This document shows positions 34,057-46,400 of a stretch of DNA of 64,000 bases, piece after piece. This DNA comes from Mantamonas sphyraenae STR306 (lineage: Eukaryota > Protista > CRuMs): NCBI GenBank assembly GCA_026936335.1, contig JAPMXV010000011.1:124001-188000 (forward strand), written 5' to 3'. The number at the start of each line of letters is the position of its first letter. Positions within the stretch are counted from its first letter, which is position 1. The notes beneath the pieces are model-generated. The model was given only the letters and a program-made list of their open reading frames with translations. It made no database searches and was not told where the DNA came from. The position numbers and the translations under genes were made by a program.

Positions 34057-37000
34057 ATGTCACAGGAGGACGAGTGGGCAGAGTTTCGCCAAGCAATGGC
34101 GCAGAATGGGCCGGCAGTTCATGATGAACCAGCAGAGGGAGAAGTGAGAGAGGAACAGGAACAGGGATACGAGGAGGGGAGGAGGGAGAGGAGGGAGAGG
34201 AGAAGAGGAGAGGAGGAATGGCAGAATGGCAATGATCTCCCGCAGGAATCGCCAGGTGAGGGTGATGCTGCAGTGGAGCAAGAGCCGAAAACAGATGGAT
34301 CGGCATCGTCATCGTGGGTGGGGTCGTGGTGGGGAGGCAGCGGGGAGGATGTGGCTGCGTCTGGTGAGGAACAAAGTGCGGAGAAGGAGTCTGCGCCCAA
34401 GCCACGAAGACACGGTGTCGTGGCTGGTGTCGTCCATTGGAGGGTACTGGTGGAGTGAAGGGACGGGTGAAGAGAGGGACGAGGCGGAAGCGGCTGCTGT
34501 TGAAGCTGTGGAGGAGGACGCGAGAGAAACGAACGGGGAAACGCAAACAACGCAAACTGCAACGCAGAGTGCGGCAGAACGGCAACTGGAAGCACAAACG
34601 CGAGACAACCGGCGTCTTCAGCGCAAGAACGCCATGCTACAGGAGAGGATTCGAGAGATGGAGGAAACCGTGGCTGAGAAGAGTCGCAAGGCTTTGGAGG
34701 TGATCCGCAGGCAAAAAGTGCAGCTCGAGGCTGCGGAAGAAGCGCTGAGGGAGGGACGTGCGCTGCGTGTTGCCGTGCAGGAGGCCCAACAGGAGGCAGA
34801 AGTTGCACGCATGCAGCTGGTTGTGGAACAGGAACGCGTGAGTGAACTGGAACATGGTCGCCGTGCGCTGGTCGCAGAGTACGAAATCGTCGCCGAGGTG
34901 GCCCTCGACGCGGCTACACTGGAGCGAGCGAGTGCCAAACGGCAAAAGGCGGCGCTGGTGCAAGTGTGCGAATCGGCAAACAGATTGCTCAAGACCAGCA
35001 CCAGCCGCGAGGTGAAGCAGGCGGCATCGCGAGTGATGGCACGCGGTGTGCCGCTTGCCGAGGCCAGCAAGGAGAGCATAGACAGCCTGTTGAGCGAGTT
35101 TGAGGTGGAGCGATCCCTGGAAGAGTATCAACGGGAGCAGAGCGGATTTGTGAAGGTGAAGGTGGGGGCAGAATGGGAAGAGCAGGACGGGAGGCCGGAT
35201 GCTGTGGAGGCGTTGAACCTTCTGCGGCATTGCAGGCACGACGACGAAGGATCGCGTGTGATGCTCAAGCGATGTCTGTACACACAGTACGAGCGGTACC
35301 GAAACAGCGAGCAGTTTGCCGTGGATATGCGTGTGCTTCGTGGATCGGGGCTCGCTCTTGTGCCACAGCTGGGCTTTCGTCACATGACGGGCCAGGGAAA
35401 GCCTTCGTCGAGCTTTTTCTTGCAGTTTGACGACGTGCTCAACACGCTCGAGCTTGCCGGGTCGCAGGGTGCTGCGAGTGCGGAGCGGGTGTTGGGTCAG
35501 GTCATCCAAGCGCTGCCGACTCTTTCGCGCTGGGTGGACGAAAGCGACGACAGCGAGCATTGCATACGACAGATCTGTGCCGCGTTGTGTCGCGATAGAG
35601 TGCTTCTGGACACACACGACAGCGTGCGTCTGTGTGTAGGCGTGGCGCAGGATCTGCATCTGTCGGTACGTGTGGAAGGTGAACTGGGGAAGCACACCCC
35701 GGATTCGTTGTCCCACCTGAGCATGTGTGCGCCAGAGTTGCAGGACGGCTCCGAGGTGACGTTTGCAGCAGTGGTGTTTTCTGTGGGTGTCCTCTTCTTT
35801 GAATGTCTGTTTGGCCGCGCACCCACCTACAACGTGAACAGTGGGCATGTGGAGGTGCCCATCCACACATCCACCAGCAATCTGGACACACGGTCCCTTC
35901 TCGTGGACATGCTGTCCAACGACGCAGCGCGACGGCCGAATCTGGTCGATTTGCAGCGCCGTGCCGCAGGCACATCGTCGTCGGCGTCGTCGGCCTCATT
36001 CTCATCGTCGTCGTTCTCTTCATCATCGTCGTCCTCTTCTTCTTCCGGGTCTGGGTCGTCGTCGTCGTCGTCGTCCGATGCGGGTCAAGGCGGTGGGTCC
36101 GCAGAGTCGCTGAGCGGACCAGAGGCAATGCTGGCTGTGTTCTTGCAGGAGAAGCAGAGGCAACGGAGCGCCAACTACGAAAACCCAAAGTATCTTCGTG
36201 TGCGTCGCAACGGCATGCTCAACTCTGTGCTGCTGCAAATGTCGGAGATGGGTGTGGACGACATGAAACGTCCGCTGCGGGTGTTGTTCGTGGACGCCGA
36301 TGGCAACCAGGAGGCCGGTGTGGGCGATGGTCTCAAACGGGAGGCACTTGCGTCTGCGTTGGAAATGCTGGTGAGCGAAGAGGGTCGCATGATGCAGAGC
36401 GACACCAAAGAGGCTTGGTTGCCGTATGCATGGAAGCGAGAAATGACAGGGAGGACTGGCGAAACCCGTACTACGAGAGTGTCCTGCAGATGTACAGAGG
36501 TGTGGGTGTGCTCCTTTCCGTGGCACTGCTGGAGGAAGAAATCACATGGCCGGCCACGCTGTCCAGCGCGATGTACAAATACCTGTGTGCCGGGGGCCGT
36601 GTGCCGTCGGATCTCGACCTGACTGATCTCATGCAGTACTCGCAGATGTCTGCCAACACACTGGTGCGCTATTTGGACGGGTGGGACGGATACGAGTCGC
36701 TCAACGACACGGATCTGTCGCCGAAAGAGTTTGCAGCGCGCGAGGTACGCGAGCAACTGGTGCTCAACCGGGAGGAGAAGCTGCGTGCCATCCGCCAGGG
36801 CATGGTGGAGAGCATCCCGGGCCTACAGGTCTTTCTGGACAACATGAGCTGGGTGAGCTTGCGCAACGCGGCATGCGGAGCCATGGCCCTCACCGCAGAG
36901 AATCTGCTCTCGCACATGCGCTTCGAATCGTTCCCCACAGGCAGCAACACGGAGGCACTCATTCGCGCGTATGTGGAGGCCTGTCCCGAAGCCAAGCTGC

Positions 37001-37218
37001 GTCAGCTGTTGCACTTTGTCACAGCGCTGCGTTCGCTCCCGGCCAACTTTCACAGGCACATCAAGATCAAGTGTCTGCGCGAAGCATCCCTGGATACTCT
37101 TCCCGTAGCACACACCTGTTTCTACACCCTGGATGTGCCTGCATACGACGACGCAGATACTGTGGCGGCCAAGATGGACATGGCTTTGGGCAACGGGGAC
37201 GGATTCCAATTGGTCTAG
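34057..37218 (+). CDS. Coiled coil + degenerate protein-kinase domain + HECT E3 ligase (apparent frameshifts at ~34400 and ~36435)
   Basis: Kinase C-lobe VFSVGVLFFECLFGRAP...LLVDML..DAARRP; HECT LRVRRN, LRVLF...EAGVGDGLKRE, LLHFVTAL, LPVAHTCF with catalytic Cys. Confidence 0.75.
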
Positions 37219-37252
37219 TCTCAAATGCATTGTGCATCCATTTCGTTCACAA

Positions 37253-37432
37253 TTATCGCGTGGCCCTCTTCACACCCATCATGATGTCCAGCTGCAGGGC
37301 GCCGCCGTCTGGGTAGTGGTCTTCTCGCGACAGCACATGCATGATCTCCTTGACGGCGTCCGAGGAGGACAAGAGATCCTGAAAGGCATCCTGATCGTCT
37401 GCCAAGCCACTGCTGGAGACTCCAAGGGTGCC

Positions 37433-37469
<37 letters not shown>

Positions 37470-40400
37470 CCATGACCGGTCTTGCTGTTGTCTTCGGCAA
37501 CTGGCCATGGAAGCCTACCTCGACCCGAGGTATTCAAAGCACTGGGTAGCTGAACGCCTAGGGACCAGACCTCGTTGCGCGTGACCCCACGCACGGCATC
37601 CATGTCCACGGCGTCGATGCTGTCGAGATGGGCGTCATCCACCTCGATGTGTTCGTTGGCCACCGCGCCGACCACCTCTGCCGCCAGCGAAATGCCTGTT
37701 TGGGCATTGCTCAGCACCCATTGGTTCATGTTGACAAAGTCACCGCTGTCAAATGGCGTCAATGTACCCAGTGCCTTGAGGGTGCGTGCCGCCAGCAGCA
37801 GGTTCTTGTGTCCAGCCTTGGTCAGTTGCAGAGGTTGCCCTCCATCCATCAGGTACGTGCGCCTGTTGGTTCGCTGGGCACGGGCCAACTTTTGCCGCTG
37901 CAGCGCCGTAGCTGCAAGCATTCCTTCCTTGCGCAGACGCTCCTTCTCCTCAGCCATCTCGACAGTCTCGCGCATCAAGATGTACTCGAGTGCGCCTTGC
38001 CACTGACGAGGCCAGTGGATGATCGAGCCACACACTGCGTGGACCACAAACAAGCGCAGCACAGCCGTGATCGCTGTGCGCTGGTCGTAGTGGGCAGCCA
38101 CGCGTTCAGCCACAATGAGCAGGACTTGTCGCAGAGCCATGGGCACGTAGTCCATGTGGTCACGCACTGCCTGCAGGATACCCTCGCACAAGGATTCCAA
38201 GCGCCGGATGCGCTCCATCATGATGCGCTCCTCCTCCAACACCTTCATCGCATCCTCCTCCAGCTTGATGGGTTTGCTGTACAGCGAAATCTGTTCCAGC
38301 GCGGTGGCATCTGGCTGCACTGCGTAAAAGGCACTGCGCAGCATCCAATCTTGTGGTTGGGCCGTGTGCAAACACTGCTGCACAAGCATGGCCACCACCG
38401 AATCGGCCTGGCTGAACAGTGCGTCGCCTGATCCGTCTCCGTCGTTCATCGCCTGCTGATACTCCATGTCCACCAGCATGTACACAAACTGGCGCAGGCG
38501 TACACCTTTGTGCTCGCACACAACCAACACCATGGCCGAGCGCATCAGCGACGCCAGCACGCGGCCCGTGAGTCGTCCGTGCGTGGGAAACAGCAATCTG
38601 TGCATCAGCTGCATTTGACGCACGCTCAGGCGATCCAGAAACACGTATGGCGCGGGTGGATCTTTGTTGGCCAGCACCTGTCGCTGGTGCTGCTTGATTT
38701 GGTTCAGCAGGTCGTATTCGGTGTGCGAACGAGTCGGCAGCAGACGACGCGACGCCGAAATCTTCATGCGCATGCGATGCTTCGTGTTCACCCCGTCAAA
38801 GTCCAGCTTGCCGTCGCCAGTCGTGTCTCGCGGTGCGATCCGGCGCAAGGCATATTCCAGCTTCACTCGTGTGGAGACCAAAACACCTTGCATGTCTTCC
38901 AGTGCGGCGACTCCGGCCTGTGCAACGTTGCTGCGTTCGCTTTCGGGCAGCACGAACCAGCGCCAGCAAGCACGCAGTGTGGCCATGCTCTCTGCTTGGT
39001 TGCTCAGAATGGATTGTACGAGACTGGGCTCGATCACCGCTCCCTGCTCGGGCTCGAACAGCGGAATGATGAAGCGTTCGACAAAGAAGCGCGCTGCCAC
39101 TGCCGGCCCGTGGCCCGGGTACTTGTGTTCCACACTGTCACACACGCTCGTGCACACAATGCGAATTGTGTGCGGAAAGTGCTCCAGGGCGCCCGTGATG
39201 AGATCGCTGCCGCGGGTGAACAGACGTCGCAGTTTGGTGACGTTGGTGCCCAGCGATCCACGCACACGGTGTAGATCCACAAACATGGGATGCATCAGCT
39301 GGCGGAAGAACAGATGCAGCGTGTGCTGCAGCATCCGGTGAGTAAAGTGGTCCAGCAGCACCTCCACAATCGTCACTCCACCTGTGAGCACTTCTTGCGG
39401 CGTCGCCGTCTGTTTCATCACGTGCGTATGCACCACATCCGTCACCATCTTCAGCATTCCGGGCGTACTGTCGTACACGTGCTCCCACCAGTCCACCATC
39501 TGCTCCATCCACAAAGGTGGGATGTCCATCATCAGCACCTCTTCACGCAACGTGCTGTGGCCGGATCGGATGCGGGCAAACAGCGCCTGCGCAGAACACA
39601 AAGGCTCTGCATCCAGCAGCTGCGGGTGCAGACGGTACAACTGTCGGTACAGACTCTGTGCGCGGGGTCCCACCTCCACAACATCTCGGTGTCCAGTCTT
39701 CTTGGCACCCTTCCCCGCCTTGCCTCCACTCCGATGCTCCTCAATCACCGCCTTTGCCTGCTCCATCACCACCGTCATCACATCCAACCAGCGTGCGTGT
39801 GCTTCAGCCACACGCGTGCACAATTGCTCATGTTCCGCATCCACGTGTTCGTCGGGATAACCAATGGCTGCCTGCATGCGATCCAAAATGCCGTTTACAC
39901 GTCCGCCGTTGGCAAACAGTGCCGCCAGGGTGGAGGCACACGCCTTGAGACGCGTCCTCCAGTACAGGCCCAGAGCGTTGGTGGCCTGCAACGACTCGAC
40001 GCCCAGCAGCGACTCGGCGTCTGGCAACACCGTGTGGGCCTCGCGGATCGACGGCACCAGCAGCGCCTGTGCCAACACAGCCGCGACGGCTTCCAGGCTC
40101 TTTCCCTTCATGTGTGCTTCACTTTGTTGCCACACCACATCCAACGTGGACGCAAGCGGCAGAGGCAGATACGCAGCCACAGGCAGCATCACCTCGGCCA
40201 CTTCCAACGCGTCCTCAACGGCCGTCAGCAACACCCGTGCGGTGCTGCTGGCCTCTGCCACGTCCTGCTCGCTTGACCCGGGTCCCCGCTCGCTCATGCG
40301 GCTGACGACATCCTCCAGCATGTCCAGAGCAAAGTACTCTGCAAACTCCCAATTGCGCACCACAAACCGCAGCAGGCGCACGCAGTAAGGCAGCTTGCTC

Positions 40401-43400
40401 TTGACGTTGCACTCGGACGCAAACACAGGCACCGAATCATATGTGGAGCATTCACGGGCGGCCAACGCGCTGCCCAGCACCGCCAGTCTCTCGCCCGCAT
40501 GTTTCTTGTCCTCGGCCGCTGTGTCCATCAACAGCTCCAGCATCTTTGTGTCTCGTGCAAGATCCACCTCGCCTGCCCCGCTGCCCTCCTCGCCAGCTCC
40601 CGGTGTGCCAAAACTGACACCCACCACACGCGCGCCTCCACGACCGGGCGTCGTGGATACCTGCGCCTTCATCACCCCACCACTACTGTTGCCACTGCTG
40701 CTGCTGCTGCTGCTGCTGCTGGCCGTTTCGGTGCTGCTGAATGACACGCCATGTGCGTCGGCATCCTGGCCGGCCTTGGTCAACCGCTGCCGCTGTGCCA
40801 CGCGGCCCAGCACGCGGTCAATCATGCTTTCCATGTAAGCCTGTTCGCCAAAGTGTGCAATCATGTCCATCGGCGTGTATGTCGGTTGCATGAAACTCGG
40901 CAGATGCTCCACCAGGAATGCGTGCATCTCTCGCGCCGCCTTGGGCACTTGCATCGCCATATCCTCATCGCGAAGTTCCTTCAACTTGGCCTCCTCCGCC
41001 TCTTCGTCCATCTCCTCATCCTCTCCTTCTTCCTCCTCCTGCGCCTCCTCGCCCTCTCCGGTGCCCTTGTTCTCCAGGTTGGCCACGTGCGACAGCTCGC
41101 GTCGACGCCACAGAAAGTCTTGCGGCGGTTCAACAGACGCCTCACGCCAAAACTCGCGCACATCGCACATCTGCTCAAAGAACGCATCCATGGCACCGCT
41201 TTGAGTGTCTACAAAGTCGCCCATCAGCGCCATGTACGGCTCCTTCTTGCCCGCCGTGCTGCGGTTTGCGAGCATTTGGATCGTTTTGCCGATCAGCACC
41301 ATGTTACGTGTGGCGTTGGGTCCCACCTTGCGGCCGGCTGTCATTGAGATGCGCGGTACCAGGTAGCGCAGAAAGAACATGGAACTCAGTGGCACCAGCG
41401 CGTGATCCGGGAAGCGCACTTGTGCAACCACGTGCATGTGGTACGCCAGCTGACGCATGGGCAGTGGAATAGCCACAGGGAAAGTCTCGATCAGCTGCAT
41501 GATTTCCATGCACTGTTCGTACAGCACACCAGCACTGCGCTTGGCCAACCGGTTTGACACGCCTTCCCGCGTCGCATCCAGCTCCACCTGGCGCTCAGCT
41601 TCCACAATCGGACCCACCACGGGCCCCAACAAATTGTTCAGGTAGGTTTCGCCAATCTGTTCGCACATCAGCGTCACCAGGCGTGCAGGCACCGATTGAC
41701 TGCGGAACATCTGATCCTGTGACGGCACAAGGAGCACCTCTGCCTTGACAGCCGTCATCATCAGCCGGTTCAGCTGCCCCACAGGGTACATCAACTTCAT
41801 CAGCAGCATCGGAAGCTCCTTCATCCCGTCGCCGTTGCCCAGAGGCGTCACAAGGTACCACAGCATCGGGCTCAGCGGCGCCAGAATCGCATGGGAACAC
41901 TCTTCAAAGTTGGACGGCATCTCCAGTGCAAACGATTCGTCCTTTTCCTCGTATTCCTGCAGCACCGACAGCACGATCTGCAACAGACGAACTTCGTCGG
42001 CGTCGGTCATCTCCTGGAACTGTCGCGTCGACGGCTGCGCAGGTTGCCGGAACTTGCGTGCATACAACCGCGCCTTTTCCAGGGTGCTCACCACCCACCC
42101 GTTCATGCAGCGGATTCGCGAGTACTGGTCGAAGCGTGTGTTGCCTGCCATGGCCGCAAACACACGTCCAATGGTGCCCAGCATCACCTCTCCCGACGGC
42201 GTCATGTCGATGCCCTGGCTCCAGTACTGCTGGGGCTTGCACAGAAACTCAGACACCACCGTGCCAAAGAAGATGGCCAGCACAAACTGGTCAGCTTGGA
42301 ACCCGTCCGTCAGCTCCGACGCCGTCTCCCAGATGCTGTGCAGCACTTCCAGCAGCTCAAACGGCACATGGCTACTTTCCACCAGCTTGTACAGCTCGTC
42401 GCAACGGCTCTTGAGCATGCTCTCGCTTGCACTTGCACTGGCACTCATCATGGTCAGCTTTGCTCGCGTCTGCTTCAGCTGTTTGGCCAGCTGACGCGGT
42501 CCCATCTTCTTGGCCGGCTTGGCATTTGTGTCTGTGTCACTGTTGCTCTCGGTGCTGCTGCTTGACGATGACGACGACGATCCTCCTTGGATGGCCGCCT
42601 CCTCCAGCACACCTCCCTTTTGCAAGCGCTCAGCCTCGGCTTCTTTCAGACTGATCAAACTCGGGTCTGGGAACTGCAGCATGGCCGCGTCTGTGCGGAA
42701 GCGGTCCACGATCGGGCCCAGCACCTGCCATTGGTACGCCTCGGCTTCGCGGTGCACAACCAGAGACAGTAGCACGCTCCACATGGCATTCTGCTTCACA
42801 AGCGCCTCGGGCAGGTGACCACTGGCCTCGGTGCATGCCACACGCGTGCAAATCTGCGTCAGACGCTCAAGCTGATGGGCGCGTGCAAACATAGTCATCA
42901 GATTCGTCGCCACGGCCATCATGCCCTCCTCGTGTTCGCTGGTGTAGTGGCGTACAAACTGGTCCAACAGTGGATGGAACTCGCTCAAGAAGTCCTGGCG
43001 CACCTGTCGTGCACGGCTGTTCTGAAAGTAAAACAGCAGCTCGGGCAAAGTGCCTTCCTTGAGCATCCGCTGCAGCTCTCGCCTGCTTTGCCGCGCCTCC
43101 TCCATCATGCCCACCACATTGTTGTTCAACGCCACGCCACGGTTGCTCAGGTGTGCCGTCTTGGCTTCCTCCTCCTTCTCCCGTGCCTCTTCCGCCTTGC
43201 GTTCCGCCAACATCGTCCTTCCCAGCGCACGGATCTTGTCCAGCAGCGACTGCGCCCTGTTCTCCTCCTCCTCCGCCACCTGCACCCGCGGCCCCTTTGC
43301 GTTGTCCTCCTTCGAACGTGCCAGAGCTTCCATCACGCTTGCCTTTTGCGCCGCTTGCTTCTCCTCAAACCGCGCCAGGATTTCGTCCATCTCACGCAGC

Positions 43401-46400
43401 TCCCTTTCCTCCTCCGTCTCCTGGTGCGCCTCTTCCGCCCCGCCAAACCCTTCCGGCACGTTTCCAGTGCGAATGTCCAGCCACGACACTGCCATGTCCA
43501 TGTACGAGCCGCTCTCTCCTTGGCTGCTCCCTGCGCTGCTGCTCCCTCCGCCGCTCTCCTGCCCCTCCACATCGTACCCTTCTCCCTTGTTGTACATCCC
43601 TGGCGCATACAAGCTGCTTGCCAGATTGCGACTGTGGTCGCCCAGGCCTGCCCCGCGTCCGCTTTGGTCACCTCCTTGTCCGCCCACACCCACACCCACA
43701 CCCCCACTCGCACTCGCACCCACACCATCGCCCAGCAGTGTGCCTGCGCGTCCTCGCCTGCCCATGCCTCCTGCGCGTCCGTGCTCGTGGCCGTGGCCGT
43801 GGCCAGCCTTGAGACTCACGCTGCCCGCGCGTCCGCGACGCCTGCGGGCGACACTGTCACGTCGCATGGGACGGGACGACGTGTCTCCTTCCACGCGGTT
43901 GCTCAGGTAGTTCTCGCTCTGCAGGTGCATCTGTGTGCGTCGCACAAACGGCGACACAAACGTGCGTGGCATCTTTTCCTTCAGGAAACCCAGCTGCACA
44001 ATCAATTCCATGCGCTCCAGTGTCACCGTGCCCTCCTCCACCAGATGGCTGAAGCCAAACCGCAGCTTCAGCCTCTCCGTCACCACAAACGTCATCGTAA
44101 ACGTCAGCTCAGAGTACAACGGGCCGCTCTTGCCGCCGCCGTTCTTGCCGTTCTTCTTGCGCCTGCGATTGCCCTTGTTCGACTTGTTGGCCGCCTTCTC
44201 CTCCTCGTACTTTTGCAGCTTTCGGATCAGCCGCCTCTCAATCAGCTCTGTGTACATGCTAAACTTCAGCAGTGGGATTTCCTCCAGTTCTTTTGCCGCC
44301 TGCACCTCCATCGCCGACTTGGTGCCCAGAACCTTGCGCAGCTTGCCCCAGCCACGCTTGCCCGTCGTGGTCTCTTCCGAGCAGTCGTACGACACCTCCA
44401 GCTCCGTGGGCAGGATCTTGGCCAGCGAGTCCTTGGCCACCGTCTTGCTGGCGTCGGTCAGTGGAAAGTTGCAGTTGAACACAAACGCCCACTCCTTGTG
44501 ATCTTCCTCCGTCTGAAACTCGCCCTTTTCCTTTTTCTTCTTTCTCCTGCTCGTTTGCGCCTCCTCCGCCTTGCTTTCCTTGGTCTTGTCGCCCTCCTCT
44601 TGGTACTCCTCGGCACTCATCAGCTGCAGGTCCATCGAAGCCATGTCGTTAAAGGCATGGCACATGATGCGTTTGCGGAAAAAGTCCACCGTGCGCTTCT
44701 TGCCCACTGTGATTTCCGACGGCAGCAGCGGCCGATCGGGCAGCGCAGGTTCCGCAAAGTGCTCCACGGGCACGTCGTCTGGAAACGCGTCACCCAGTTT
44801 CAGGATCGACTCGGCGTCAATTACAGGCGCGTTGTACTGCACGTCCACCTCGGGGATCTTGCGATAGAAGCTCGAGTGGCCACGCGAGGCCAGCGGTTCG
44901 TCCACCGATCGCACACCGCCCCCAAGCACCGTCTGCTTGCGCTTCACCACCTCTCCTTCTTCCACCTCCTCTTCCACCGTCACCTCTTCCGACAGCAGTC
45001 GCATGCCCTCTGCATCCAGCTGGCTGCGATCCAGCCGCTGCACAATCGAGAACTTGTTGTATCGTCCCGTCAGCGTCGTTGTGTGCACCCCATCTTTCGT
45101 CACCACCATTTCGCCCCTCCTATGCTTTCCGTCCCCGCTTGCAGGTTGCCAGCCACTGCTGCGACCCACGCCAGCCCCTTCCTCCTCGGCCAACTGGCCC
45201 AGCGCACGCGACGCCGCCTCTGTCAACGCCCCCTGGCTCATCTTGTCCAGCAAGGTGTTGCGCCGTGCGGCCATAAGCCGCGCGTGGCGACTGGCTGCAT
45301 CTGCGTCCGAGTCCTCGGTGCTGCTCTCGTTTTCCATGCCCATCACCAAATCCCCCGCCCAAGCGTCTGTCTGCGCGCCTGTGCCTTCAAACATTTCCAG
45401 CAGCTCCTGGTCGCTCACACTCTGCATCGCCCACATCCCTGCCTGTACCTCTTCGTCCACAGTGGTCCCTGCACCTGCAGTGCCTCCACTGCCCCTGCGC
45501 ACGCCTGCACTGCTTCCAGCACGCGATCGCGTGCGTGTGGGCGACGATGTGGTTGCACTCAATGCCGTCGTTCGCCTGCTCGCTGTCGCCGACGCCACGT
45601 CCGATGCCACGTCCACCACTTCCAGCTCCTGGTCCGTGTCTTCGCTTGTCCCTGTGCTGCCCAACAGGAATTGCTTCAGCTTGTTCTCCTTGCGCCTCTG
45701 CTTCGCTGCATACTTGGCCTCGCGTTCCTTAAACACGTCCCGCAACGCGTCGTCGCCCACAAAATCGCTGTCCTCACTTTGTTCCGCTTCCGCCGCCTTG
45801 GCTGCCTCTTCGGCCAACACCGAGGCCTTGCCCTCGCGCACCTTCCAGGCATCACTGCCCTCTTGCGCGGCTGCCGCTTCCGCCGCCTCTGCCGCCGCCT
45901 TGGCTGCCTCCTCCTTCTTCCTTGCCTCTTCCAGCTCGTCCAGAACCTCCTGCGAGTATTCCCACTCTCCGTTCGGCTGTCGATACTTGCGTCGCTTGCT
46001 CTTGTCCTCGATGAAAAACTTGCCTGTGCCTGCCTCCTTGTAGTATCGCTCCTTCGACGACGCAGAATCCGTGTAGAAGCGACGATACGATGCGTCGGGC
46101 ATTTTGGTTTTGCGCAGTTTGGCCTCCTCCGCCTGCAGTTCCCACTCGTCGTTCTCGTAGAAAAAGTGGCCCTCCTCGTCCACAAACATCTCCTCGCCGT
46201 CGTCTGTCAGGTAGTACCGCATGCCGTTCTCGTGCACAAACAGAGGTTCGCCTTTGCTGTCGTAGTAGAACTTGGTGCCTGCGTTACTCTTGTAGTACAC
46301 CTCGTCCTTCTCGTCACGAAACTCTCGCTGCCCATCCGCATCCACCATGTACATGTCGCCCACCTCGTCAAAGTAGTACGCACGTCCCGTCTCTGTCTGG

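Noticed and set aside
30665-34597. 1310-aa minus-strand ORF
   Set aside because: Antisense shadow of CFAP57 caused by codon bias; no motifs
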